The notes beneath the pieces were generated by a model that worked only from the letters and a program-made list of their open reading frames with translations, was not told where the DNA came from and ran no database searches. Position numbers and translations under genes: made by a program. Shown here in pieces: positions 51,683 through 63,100 of a DNA stretch of 64,000 nt. This DNA is from Peribolospora baueri (taxonomy: Eukaryota). The DNA lies in NCBI GenBank assembly GCA_029717555.1, contig JAMDHS010000040.1, positions 62,001-126,000 on the forward strand, given 5' to 3'. Position 1 is the first letter of the stretch. The number at the start of each line of letters is the position of its first letter.

Positions 51683-54600
51683 TCAAAGAGCAAGGTAAGA
51701 GGCGATCTTGCCCATCAGCCCCTCGTCGACGACGGGGCACGTCTGCAGGGCTTGCGAGCATGCGGCCGTCTCCTCCACAGACAAAAGAGCCGCCCCGCCG
51801 ACAATTTCCTGCTCGTCCTCATTCTCGAGTTGCCTTTCGAACCAAGGAAGGAGGTTGGTCGCATCGTACTCAATGCTCGACGACGAAAGCTGCTTGAGGA
51901 GGGCGACATAGTCGCGAAAGTTGGTCGGTCTGACCTTGATGCCCCACGCCTTGGCGGCCGCGGTGCAAATGTCGGCCCATTCCGTCCGGTGCGGGTTGGC
52001 CACATGGTAGAACAGGTTCCCCGATCGCTGCTGTCCCACAATCTCCACCATGCTCCTGGCAGCGACGTCGACCGGGACCCAGTTCGTCGCGACCAGGTCG
52101 TAGGGGACGATGCCGTTCAGAGCGCGCATGGTCGTCAGGACCCGTGGAGCCCATTCGCCTCTGCGCCACCGGCCTCGCTCGAGGTCGCCGCAGACCTGGC
52201 CCAGGCGGACAATGTGCAAAGGATCGCAGCCGACGTCTGCGGAAAACGAGGAAGAGCACGATCGACACAGCGCCGACAAAATGTGTTCGGCCAAGAGCTT
52301 GGACATGCCGTAGCCCTTTCGATGCGCGATCAATCGCAAATGTCAGCACATCGAGTCGCGCCGAAACAAGCGCCGTCGTGCCCACCCAGCCTTCGCGCGG
52401 ACCATCAAATGCTCACCTGGTAGATTGCCATCGCCGGATCAAGCTGCACGGGCTCCTCGGGAACAGTCTCCTGCGGGGACCCGATGCACGACGCGATGGA
52501 CGAAATGAAAAAGAGGTCGATCGGCCTCTCTCGGTGGAAACACAGTTCGGCGAGATTGCGCAACCCTGTAGCGCACGGGAACAGACTTCCTGTTAGAAAC
52601 GCGCCTGCAGCCCTGGAAAGAAGTGTGCGGCTGCTCACCGCCAAGCGAGGGCTCGTAGTGTTTCAGACTCCGGTTGAAATCGACCTGCCAGCCGATGTGC
52701 ACCGCGCCCGTGACGTCGCCGAGGGAAGCGTAGTCGGCTTCGCTGAGGCCCATATGAGCAGCGGCGAGGTCCGTCGACGAAAGCGCCTGCAACTCGCCAG
52801 CTTGATGCTTTTGCAACAGGAGCACGTCGTCGAGACCCCATGCTTTGCATGCGCCAGAGATGCGCTCGAACCCGCCGTTACGGACGATAGCAGTGACTCG
52901 CGTGCGCGTCGTGGCCAGCAACTGAGAGAGAAAAAATGCGCCGACAAAGCCGGTAGCGCCCGTCAGTAAGAGGTGCGGGGGCACGGTTCCGCATGGTTCG
53001 TGAGGCCGGTCCCTGCGCAGGGTCGTCGCAGTGAACGGCGCTGCGTAACGGGACAGCATGTCGAGCATCTCCTCGCGATGCAATATATGGCCCGTCGGCG
53101 TCGAACAACTTCCTGACAGGTACCTCGCGAGCGCTCGTGCGTCGGGACAGTCGTAGATGGCGCGGGTCGACACATCCATGCCCAGACGGTTAAGCTCCCG
53201 TCTGAGATGGGTCGTCCCCAACGAGTCGAGGCCGAGCTCGACAAATGGCGTGCACGGCTCTATAGATTTCGTGTTCGCGTCCACGGGCAGGACGCGTCCG
53301 AGGGCCGATAAGACGGCCATCTCCAAGCTGTTGAGACTGTAGACGGAACGTTGGAACAGGTCCAATGTCAACCCTCGTGCCAGGAATCGCTCATACACAG
53401 ACCGGGTCTTCCCTTACCTTTGTCGATCTGGGGATAGCGGCGTCGGCGGGAAAACCTCGGACGTAGGCCGAAGGGGATATGGCGGTGACTTGATCAAGGG
53501 AAGCTCGGCACTGTGTCGGGCTTGCGACCTTCTTCGCAGTGGAGAGAATGTGGGAGACGGCCACAGGAACTGCCGGTCGAACGGATACGTGGGAGTTTTG
53601 TGCAACTTGCGGGCCACCGAAGCCGTGTCGCGGTGGAAAGCTGCCCAGTCGAGATCGGCGCCTCGGTTATACATCGTGCTCAACGCGAAAGTGACATCCT
53701 TGCTCGTGTTCGCTGGCTGCAGTGAGGGTACGACAGACAGACTCGTCGTTCTCAACAGGAGTTTGGTGAGCTCGGGCTCCGGGCCGATCTCCAAAGCGAG
53801 CGCCTCTTTGGGCAACGCGCTGCTGCAGATGGCTTGGAAGAACCGCACGGGCTGACAAGCCTGTCGCATCCAGTGTGCGGCATCTGTTCGGTCCACCACG
53901 TCGCCGGTGAGCGAAGACACCCATCGAATGGTGGGCCGCTTAAACGCGTAGGACGATTCGAGAGACGTGAGGAACGTCGCGAAACGGCCGCTGATGAGAG
54001 GCTCCTCCAGTTCCTGGACGTGGAACGGTTGCTTGCTGCGAAGACCACGAAGTGACAAGCGCTTCAGCGTGGCAAGTTGGGCGAATTTCTGTAGGGCCAC
54101 CTCGGAGCCGGACACCACTTGACGGTCCGCCGCATTGTACGCGGCGATGACGGCGCCGCTGTCTTCCGCTAGGGGGAGAACCTCCTCGGCGCTGGCGGCG
54201 ACCGAAATCATGCCTCCGGAAACACGACTCGAGGCCATTTGCATGGCCCTTCCGCGGTAGCACACGAGTTCCAGACCCTGCTCCAACGTCAGACTGCGCG
54301 ATACGATCGCAGCCGAGTATTCGCCGAGCGAATGCCCCACTACGACGCCGGGAGTGACGCCCCACGTTTCCCATGCGGCGGAGAGACAGAGTTGGAAGGC
54401 CACCAGCAGAGGCTGCAGGACGACGGTGTCGTCCGGCTCGTAGACGTCCGCGCCGTCCTCGAAAGTCGGATCGTCGGCGTCCACCAACGCTTGAAGATCG
54501 AGGCCGATAGCGCGTCGCACGACTTTGGCACACCTTTCCCACGTTTGCCGAAAGGCATAAGACTGCTCCAGTAGCGCTGGAATCTGGGATAGGACGGCCA

Positions 54601-57600
54601 CCGCGGACGATTGGCCGGTGAAGACAAAGACGATCGGTGCACGCCGCGTAGCCACGGAGGAGGACCCGGCCAAAAGCGAAGCAAACCCGTCGAGGTCCTG
54701 GAGCATTTGGCGTCGGCAGGAGACAGGTATAGCGATGCGATGTGAAAAATGCTCTCGCCCAATGTTGGAAGTATAGCAGAGGTCGGAAAGACCGGGGAGT
54801 GATCCGGCAATATAGTCCCGCCACTCGCGCACGCTGTTGAGTAGCGAAGTCGTCGTCTTTGCCGAGATGGTCAAAACAGGCAGTTTGACACAAGAGGAGG
54901 CACGCCTCGGCGGGGGAGGCTCTTTGAGGACCAGCTGGCCAATCGTTCCAGAGAAGCCGAGCGAGGTGAGCATGATCCTCCGTGGACGCGCCGTACGCTC
55001 GTAGGGAACGTGCTCCAGGGGCACGACCATCTCGCAGGGTTGCAATCGCAGGTCGGAGCGCACTCTTCGGATGTTCTGCCCAGGCAGCAGGTTGTTCTCA
55101 AACGAGGCCACGGCACGAGCGATGCCTACGGACGGTGATAGGCAACGCGGCAAGCAGGGACGTCAGGCACGGCCGGCCTTCAGACATAGGCGGCAGCGCT
55201 CACCTGCAAGGCCAGCAGCTTCTTCCAAATGGCCTACAACGGACTTGACCGACGACACGAACAGGGGGTCTTTGCGCTCCTGAGAAAAGGTCGCCTTGAG
55301 CGCTTCCATCTCTGTCGCAGAAAAGAGGAGCTGAGCATAAGGGGACCTGCTCGCTTGGCAGCGCCTCCTCGAGCGCGCCCTCAAACTCGGTCACCATTGT
55401 TGCTCACCGAGTGCATCCCCGAGCCTTGTCCCTGTGCCGTGAGCTTCGACGGCGTCAATGTCCTCCGGGCGCAATCTCGCCGATTTTAGGACGTTCTGCG
55501 CAAGCCTTATCTGCGCTGCCGCATTGGGCGCCATTAGACCGATGGACTTTCCATCGCTTCCGATGGACGTGCCTTCGATGATGCCGAGGACGGGATCTTG
55601 AGCGGACACGGCGTCATTTAGCCGCTTCAACACGCAGAAGAAGGCCCCTTCCGAGGGGAGGTACCCATCTGCCTCCTCGCTAAATGCCGCGCTGTGTCCG
55701 CACGCCGAACCGAGGCCTGCCCTCGACATAAACGCAAAGTTGCTGGGGTCGAGGTGCGTTGTGGTGGCGCCCACGAGGGCCAGCTGAGTGGTTCCAGCTC
55801 TCAAGTCCTGACATGCGAGGTGAATGGCGGTCAAACTGCTCGAGCAAGACGTTTCCACGGTCATTGCAGGCCCGTGCGTGTCAAGGAAATAGGCCAGCCG
55901 CCCGGAGACCATGGCGTTGGATTGGCCCGGTCCCCAGAACAGATCGTGCGCTGCTTAAACGGAAGGATCGGCGCCGGACAGATCTTAGTTGGAGACCGCG
56001 ACCAATGGAGAGCCGACTGTTCGATAGCAAAGTTGGGGGACTCACCGTCGTTGCCCTTCCCTTCCGTCACCTTCCGAAAGCCCTCGTCATCGACCGCGGC
56101 CACGTAGATGGACGTGTCTGTATCTTTCAAGGTCGACGGAGGGACACAAGCGCTCTCCAACGCTTGCCAGGCGAGCTCGAGCGTCAGCCGCGCGCTGGGC
56201 CGCATGGCTTCGCCTTCGGCCGCCGAGAGGCCGAAAAATGCCGCGTCCATCTCTTCGACGCCCTGCACGCCTAGCCAGCGGCCAGGAGGAAGCTCCAACC
56301 CCGTTTGGCGTTCATATTCTGCAAAGGCGGTACGGCGCGGTGGCGCCGGTGACGCTGGAGAAAGGCCGCCCTGAACGATGGCTTGCCAGAACTGGTCCAG
56401 CGTGTGAACGTCGTCTGGCAGGCGACACGACATGCCGATCACCGCGATGGCCCCGTCGGAAGAGGTAGGACGCTGGGGGAACCCGGCGGAGGAGTCGGGA
56501 TCGACCTCCGCTTTGATGGTTTGCGCTACGCGCGGTTTCTCTGCGCGGACGATGCCAGCAATGCTGCCTCTTGTAATGACTTGGGCAGCGGTAATGTCAA
56601 GGCCGACCTCGCGACGCAGGGCGGTGGCGATACGGCTGGCGTCGAGGGAGCTCATTCCGAGGTCCGTGAGGCTGTCCTCATCGCCGAAGGAGAACTCGCC
56701 CTTCGCGGGCCCGAGGAGCATGTTTTCCACGACCCGCCTGACGTTGGCCATGACCTCAGGATCAAGGCGCTGTAGGCTCGGGTCATCGCCGCCTTGGAGG
56801 CGACGATCAGGCTCATCGTCAGATAGACCGAGGACGCGGAGCACTTGCTCCGCGCGAGCGTCGATCAAGGAGCGATAAGCGCCCCACACCTCCTTGGTGC
56901 TGACGGTACCCTTTCGAGTGAGCGGGATGGCCTTTGACGGTGGGAGGACAATTAGTTGTCGAGGGCTGATGCGCGCAAACGGCGGCAAAACACGATTTGC
57001 ATGAAGGAGGCTGCCGTAAATGTAGTCGAGGCGGGCCTCGCCGGAAGCAGAGGGTGAAGTGTCCGGGTTCTCCACCACCGCCAACAAAAAGTCGCTCAGC
57101 CCGTGTTGACTTGGAACCCCCGCATAAAAAAGGAAGCGTCACGTCAAGAGACAGACACAGAGGTGCTCGATGCATAGCAAGGCACTGCCACGCACCTGTT
57201 CCCGATTACACAAGCTCTGCCAAAACCGCCCTTGTCTCGAAGCACCCTCTCCACCTCGAGCGAGTTGCATTTCTCGCCCGTCTTGAAAATGATGTAGTCA
57301 GCGATCCTATCTCCGCCTACAAACCCGGAGGTCGTCCTCTTGAAGACGCAGCCTGTGCGGAAGACGCCTTTGCCCTGGTCGTCCAAGCCCTGCAACGCCG
57401 GATCAGACCGTCCGATATATGCCGCCGGAATGCCCTTGGACTTGATGACAAGCTCGCCAACGTCGCGCTCGTCAAAGCCGGGCACGGTCTCGACAACATG
57501 CTCGAAAGTGGGGATCGGGAGAAGCGTCTCGGTCGAACTGCCGGGCGGACAGTCTGCGGCGGCGCGGCTGAACATGATGGCACCTGCGACCGAGAGGGCG

Positions 57601-58847
57601 GGGTGAACGTCCAACGGCGCCTGGGGACATGGGATTCTTGGCAACGTCGGCACTTACCGGCAGCCTCCGTACTTCCGAATCCGTTCACCATTCGAAGCCT
57701 CTGCGCGTCCGCCCAATCCCTCACTTCCGGCGGGATGGGCGCGCCTCCGACAAGGATGACGTCCAATGCGGATAGGCAGTCGTCGTCGTCCGCCGATCTG
57801 CACTGTTGCCACGCGGACACGACGACTGGCGTGCTGGTGAACGAGGTGACCCCATTTTCCTTGATCAGGCAGAGGAGATCCTTGGCTCCCTCCATTGTGG
57901 TGATCGGGGCGATTTTGGGCAAAAAGTTATAAGTGCCGCCGGTCGCGACGCAGATCGCCATCCACTCGGCGCAAAGGCTGCGAGCGTGCAACGGTCAAGT
58001 TGAGAAAAATGGGGAGAAATGGGGGAAGGATGGACAGAGCGTGGCCGACTTACGCAAGGATGTGGTTCAGCGGCATCACCGCTAGCAATTGCTGTGGCCT
58101 CTCCCTGACACGATCGTGCAAGAGCGCGTGGACACCGCGCACGCTTTGGAGCAGAGCATAGCCGGTCAAAGGGACGCCCTTGATGGAGGCGACCGACACC
58201 GCCGTCGTGGTGAACATGAGCAAGGCGGGCTTGCGAAAGTAGTGATCCTCGTCCAGAGCAGCCGCCCGGTCAGAAAGGCGTGAAGAAAAAGACGCGGAGG
58301 ATCGAGGCAGCTCGTTGTCGGATCGCTTGGTTGGTGCCGCAAGTGCAACTCGAACCACTTCGGCGAGGCACTGCCACTCTAAGCCGTCCTGCGAACACAC
58401 CTCCTTCACGATGCTTTCCACACTCTGGGAGCAGAAGCAGCAAACGCACTTGGAAAGGGACAGCATGCCGGCGAGAATATCGGAGCTGACGCCGTGGGGC
58501 ACAAGGGACACCGTGCATCCCAGGAGCCATCCAGCGAGCATGACCAGCAGGAATTCTGGCGAATTGTCCGCTACGATGGCGAAGGTGTCGCCCGGCCGTA
58601 GACAGTACCTCTTGGAGAGGTGGCGAGCGATGTCGTCGACATAGACCAGCGCCTCTCTGTAGCTAAAGGCGGCGGGGAGGTCTGCTCCAGACGCAGGCGA
58701 CGGGCTCCTGCTCGCACCGTTGTTCCCATCCGCGGCGCCCAGACGACGAAGAAAGACGGCATCCGGGTTGACGTGGGTAGCGGACGCATGAAAGAACAAG
58801 TAGGGGTCGCTTTCGCTCTCCGAGGGTATGAGGACGCTGTCGTGCAT
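51683..58847 (-). CDS. NRPS-like/type I PKS hybrid, domain order A-T-KS-AT-T-R (hispidin-synthase-like core plus terminal thioester reductase)
   Basis: A domain (FTTTAVSVASIKGVPLT, GFGSTEAAG, GELVI, PLTRKG). T1 DLGMSSL (~56650). KS IAVIGMSCRLP, ETSCSSSL (Cys ~55845), EAHGTGT, VGHLEEAAG. AT VFTGQ, GHSLG (~54330), conserved Arg. T2 ELGLDSL (~53225). R LLTGATGFVG, FISS, GYGMSK. Exons are joined by GT-AG introns. Confidence 0.92.
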
Positions 58848-60101
58848 CTTCGGCGGCGGCTCATTGCATCGTGGGATGACGGCTCTCAAAGACGTAGAAT
58901 GTCTTATAGTCCGTGCACAGACGCCCTCCCGCCCGGCCTGTGCAAGGGTGGAGCCGTCCGCCAGCACCGCCCCTACAAGCCAAGCGATAGCCGAGCCAGC
59001 CCATGGCTTTGAAGGGATGTGTCCTCGCCGACCTCATCACATAGTGAATCGGCCGTCCGACCGCTGGGCAAGCTTCTGTTTTGCACCCGCTCGCTCAGTC
59101 AGTCGTCCGGCTCCAGCCCCAGCAGGCTCAGCTTCATCCGGCCACACCGTTCGATCCGAAATGGGGCCGCTGTAGGCGTCTGCTGCGTGCCTGTTGCACG
59201 CCGCCAGCACGTTTCTTTGTCTTGATGTTGTCTCGGTACGTTGGCCTGGCGAACGCCGCGGAGATGCGGCTCTTTCTACGACTGGCATGTGTAGTGCGGC
59301 TGAAGCGATTGTTCGATCGCCAAGCTGCTTGCCGCCGGAGGTTGACAGAGGTCGCTTTCGCGCTGGAGTTACACCCGTCTAATGGTTAGGGCGCAGGCTA
59401 AAATAGTGTCGAGAGCCGCTCTGGATCCACGTAAGGTCGATCTTGGCTGCGGACGCCCCCTCCGCTCCACCCGTTCTCAACGTCGTCACACCACAAAACG
59501 TCGCGGATGAAGCCGACAGCCACGCTCGCACTGACGGACACACGCCACGTCGCAGGGACGAGGGAGCTGTCCGGCTCGTTTCAAGGCCAGCCGTGCGCGA
59601 TGGATTTAGGGCCGGTCTGGCTTGGGCGTAGCGACGAACTACTGCAATCGGTGTCGGCGGCCGTCGAGCCGAGTCTCATGCTGCGTCTTGGTTCAAAGCC
59701 GTCCTGGAGCTTCAAGGCAGTGCCGTTGGTGACGAGACGATAGAGAACTGTTGTCCTGTGCCGCTCAAGCTGCTCGCCGGCCGCCTCACGGGATGCGAGG
59801 TTGCGGAGGTCCGAATTCGCTCGCGCATTCCAAGGCGATGGCACCAGAACGTGAGGAGCTTCCGTCTCTCGCTCAGTCACCAGTTTCTGGCGCACAAGGC
59901 AAGGTCTTTTCCGCCGTGGTTGGTGACCCTCACATCGCTCTCTCGGGAGCTCATCTGCTTAGGGTCGTGCCCCCACGTCGGCGCTCGTTTGGATCGGCAC
60001 TCGAGGAACCTGGACGCTGGCAGCAGCAGCTCTCCGTTGCGTGGCCACGGCATCACAGACGTTTAACTTGCCCAGAGTGCGACAGGTCCCTATCTATTTA
60101 G
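58848..60101. promoter_or_regulatory. Putative bidirectional promoter shared by the PKS hybrid and PAL
   Basis: A ~1.25-kb interval between divergent start codons with no credible gene. Function is inferred from geometry only. Confidence 0.45.
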
Positions 60102-63100
60102 ATGCCATCTGCCATCTGCGCCGACAAGCATTCCTCCCCCGAAACGGCTGAGCCCTCTATCCGCTCCTTCTCAGTCAACATGAGCCCCGCTCGTCACTTT
60201 GCGTCTCATGCTGTGGCGCCTTCTGACCCCGTCGGTCCTCTGGCCGCCGAGTGCGTCGCCTCATGGCAGCGCCTTCAAGCTTTGAGGAGCCACAGCTCGC
60301 CATCGGCGACGACGCCAGCTCTTCTCCAGGTGGACGGGCAGACAATGAGCATCGCGGACGTGGTTGGCGTAGCGCGGTGAGTGATGCCGACCGAGTTGCC
60401 CATGCGACCAGGGTGCCGAGCGCAAAGGCAGGACCCGTTTCTTCGTCGTCTTCGTTCTTCGCGGCCCCGGAAAGAGGTTAGGAGCTCAGAAGGAAAAAAA
60501 GAACCGCGAGGACGTCATAACAAACAAAACAACATTAGTAGGCCACAGACGGAAACGGCTCATCCTGACTGATGCTCTTTCCCTTTCTCGCCGTCCAATC
60601 CCCCGGTCCCACTCGCTCGGCACCGTTGCGGCATTTCGACCCCCCAGCTACCATGTCGTCCCGCAACTGAGCGACTCGTCCGTGGTTCGCTCTAAGGTCG
60701 ACGCGGCTGTGACGTGTTTGGTCGCCAAGCTCGAGGCCGGCGAAAGCCTGTACGGTATCTCGACCGGGTTCGGAGGCAGCGCTGACAGCAGGACGGGCGC
60801 GCTGCACGCACTTCAGGTACGTGGCCTCGGAAATGTTTTGTCATGCCGCACAGGAGACAAGCAAAAGGGGTAATTCCGTCATGCCGTCGAGACGTGTGCG
60901 GCCGTTCGTCGCCATTGGCGAGTGAGATTTTGACAACGGCTTCCTGCCTTGCTGTCGCTCCCAATCGTTCCTTCCCCTGGCGTCGTTTCCTATCCCCCCA
61001 CCGCCAAATTCCCAGCTTGCCCTTCTCCAGCACCAACAAGCCGGCATCCTGCCAGTACCCGCAAAGCTTGATGGAAACATCGGTCTGCAGCACCGTTTGC
61101 CCGACGGAGATGCCCGCCAGAACGGGACCGGGCACCAGCAGGGAGCCCTGAAGAAGAAGCCGCTCGGCTTATCAGACGAATTGGCCAGTCTGTCCATGCC
61201 CGAGAGTTTCGTGCGTGGCGCCATCCTCGTTCGGATCAATTCGTTGCTCAGAGGCCATTCTGGTGTGAGGTGCGCAAGGGCATGACCCACGAGCGGCCGT
61301 TCTAACTCGGGCAATGCCACTCGCTGCTCACGCGTGCGAACACATGTTCATCCTTCTTCTGTCGCCACTTCGTTTCCGCCTTTTCATCGACGGCCTTCTT
61401 ATGGGCATCGTTTCCAATCGTCGCGTCGACGCTAGGTGGAAAGTCATAGAGGCGATGCAAACGTTCTTTTTCGCCTCCCCGCTGGGCCCCGTCACCCCGT
61501 TGGTGCCCTTGCGCTCATGTGAGTCGGCCTCGATGGCTTCCAGTGGGAGTGCTCATAAACTCGATCGTCGCTGACTGGCGATGTTATTTCTAATTGGATC
61601 CGTACCCTTACTGCAGCCATCAGCGCCTCTGGCGACCTCTCTCCCCTCTCCTATGTAGCTGGAGCACTCACAGGTCACCCTGGCTTGCGTGTCTGGCAGA
61701 ACCGGTGAGCATTGATTTTTTTTTTCCGCTAGAGTTGTCGAGGCCGAGATGCGCCGATGCCGCTTCGGACTGCCGGTCCCTTTTGTTGAAGTGGTCCGCA
61801 CTCCTTGCTGCGCTCGTAGGGCGGACGGAGCTCGGGAACTCGTTTCCTCCGACGACGCGCTCAAGGTCCACAGCATCGAGCCGATCACTTATGAACCCAA
61901 GGAGGCACTCGGCATGGTCAACGGTGAGCCGCGCGGCAGCCGGGACTGCTGATCGCCGTAACCGGGCCTCTTCTCATCGTGTTTCACCCGGTCTCACATC
62001 CCGTCTGTCTTCGGCTCCACAATGCGCCAATCCAAAGGCACGGCGTTCTCGACCTCGGTCGGCGCCCAAGCCGTCCATGACGCTAGCTTCCTGGCCCTGC
62101 TGACAGAGTTCACGACGGCCATGGCTGTGGAGGCGCTCTGTGGTACAGATGGATCTTTCATCCCGTGAGCCGCCTTTGCGCTTTGATGACATTTTGCTCA
62201 TTTGCCACAGGATCTGGGCCATGGTCTAGGGCGGTGCTGATGTGCATGCTCTCCTCAGCTTCATTCACGACGTCGCTCGGCCCCATCCTGGCCAAGTGGA
62301 GAGCGCAGCGACTCTTATGAGCCTCCTGGACGGCTCATCGCTTGCAACGCATGTCGCCGACGAAAAGGCGACGCTACTCGGAGAGGACGATGGACACCTC
62401 AGGCAGGACCGCTACTCTTTGCGTACGTTCTAGGCACGAGGTTGCCGAAGCCCGCTCATCGCTCATTGCAGGCATCTAAGCTGCTGTTGCCGCCACCGCT
62501 CCCACCCCGTCTCTGCGACAAACTTGTAGGCACCGCTGCTCAGTGGATTGGCCCACAGATAGAGGACATCAGGGCGGCGCGTCGGGCCCTGGAGATTGAG
62601 ATGAACAGCACGACGGACAATCCGCTCATTGATGCCGAGAGCAACCACTGCGCTCACGGCGGCAACTTTCAGGTAAGAGGAGCGAGGCCCCGGCGGAGGG
62701 CGACCAAACTACGAAGTGGGATAGCGGAAGGATGTCAAAGAAAAGGAATCTGAAAATTCGGACGATCCGCTCGGCCGTGGTCCTACGCAGGCCATGTCCG
62801 TGACCAACGCCATGGAAAAGGTCAGGTTGGCCCTAGTCCACCTAGGTAAGTCGCGACATAGAGGCGCTCCTTTCGATTCATCTAGCTAAGCCCCTCGCTC
62901 CACCGCCGATGACTCGATAGGCAAGCTTACCTTTGCTCAGCTCACGGAACTGATCAATCCGAGCATGAATCGCGGGCTCGCCCCCAACGTGAGCACATGT
63001 CGAGTGGGGCTGACCACGGTTGTCCGGCTGACTCTGCGATGCTCCTGATCGACGGAAACCATCCCTCCTGCTATAGCTGGCTGCCACCGATCCGTCGCTC

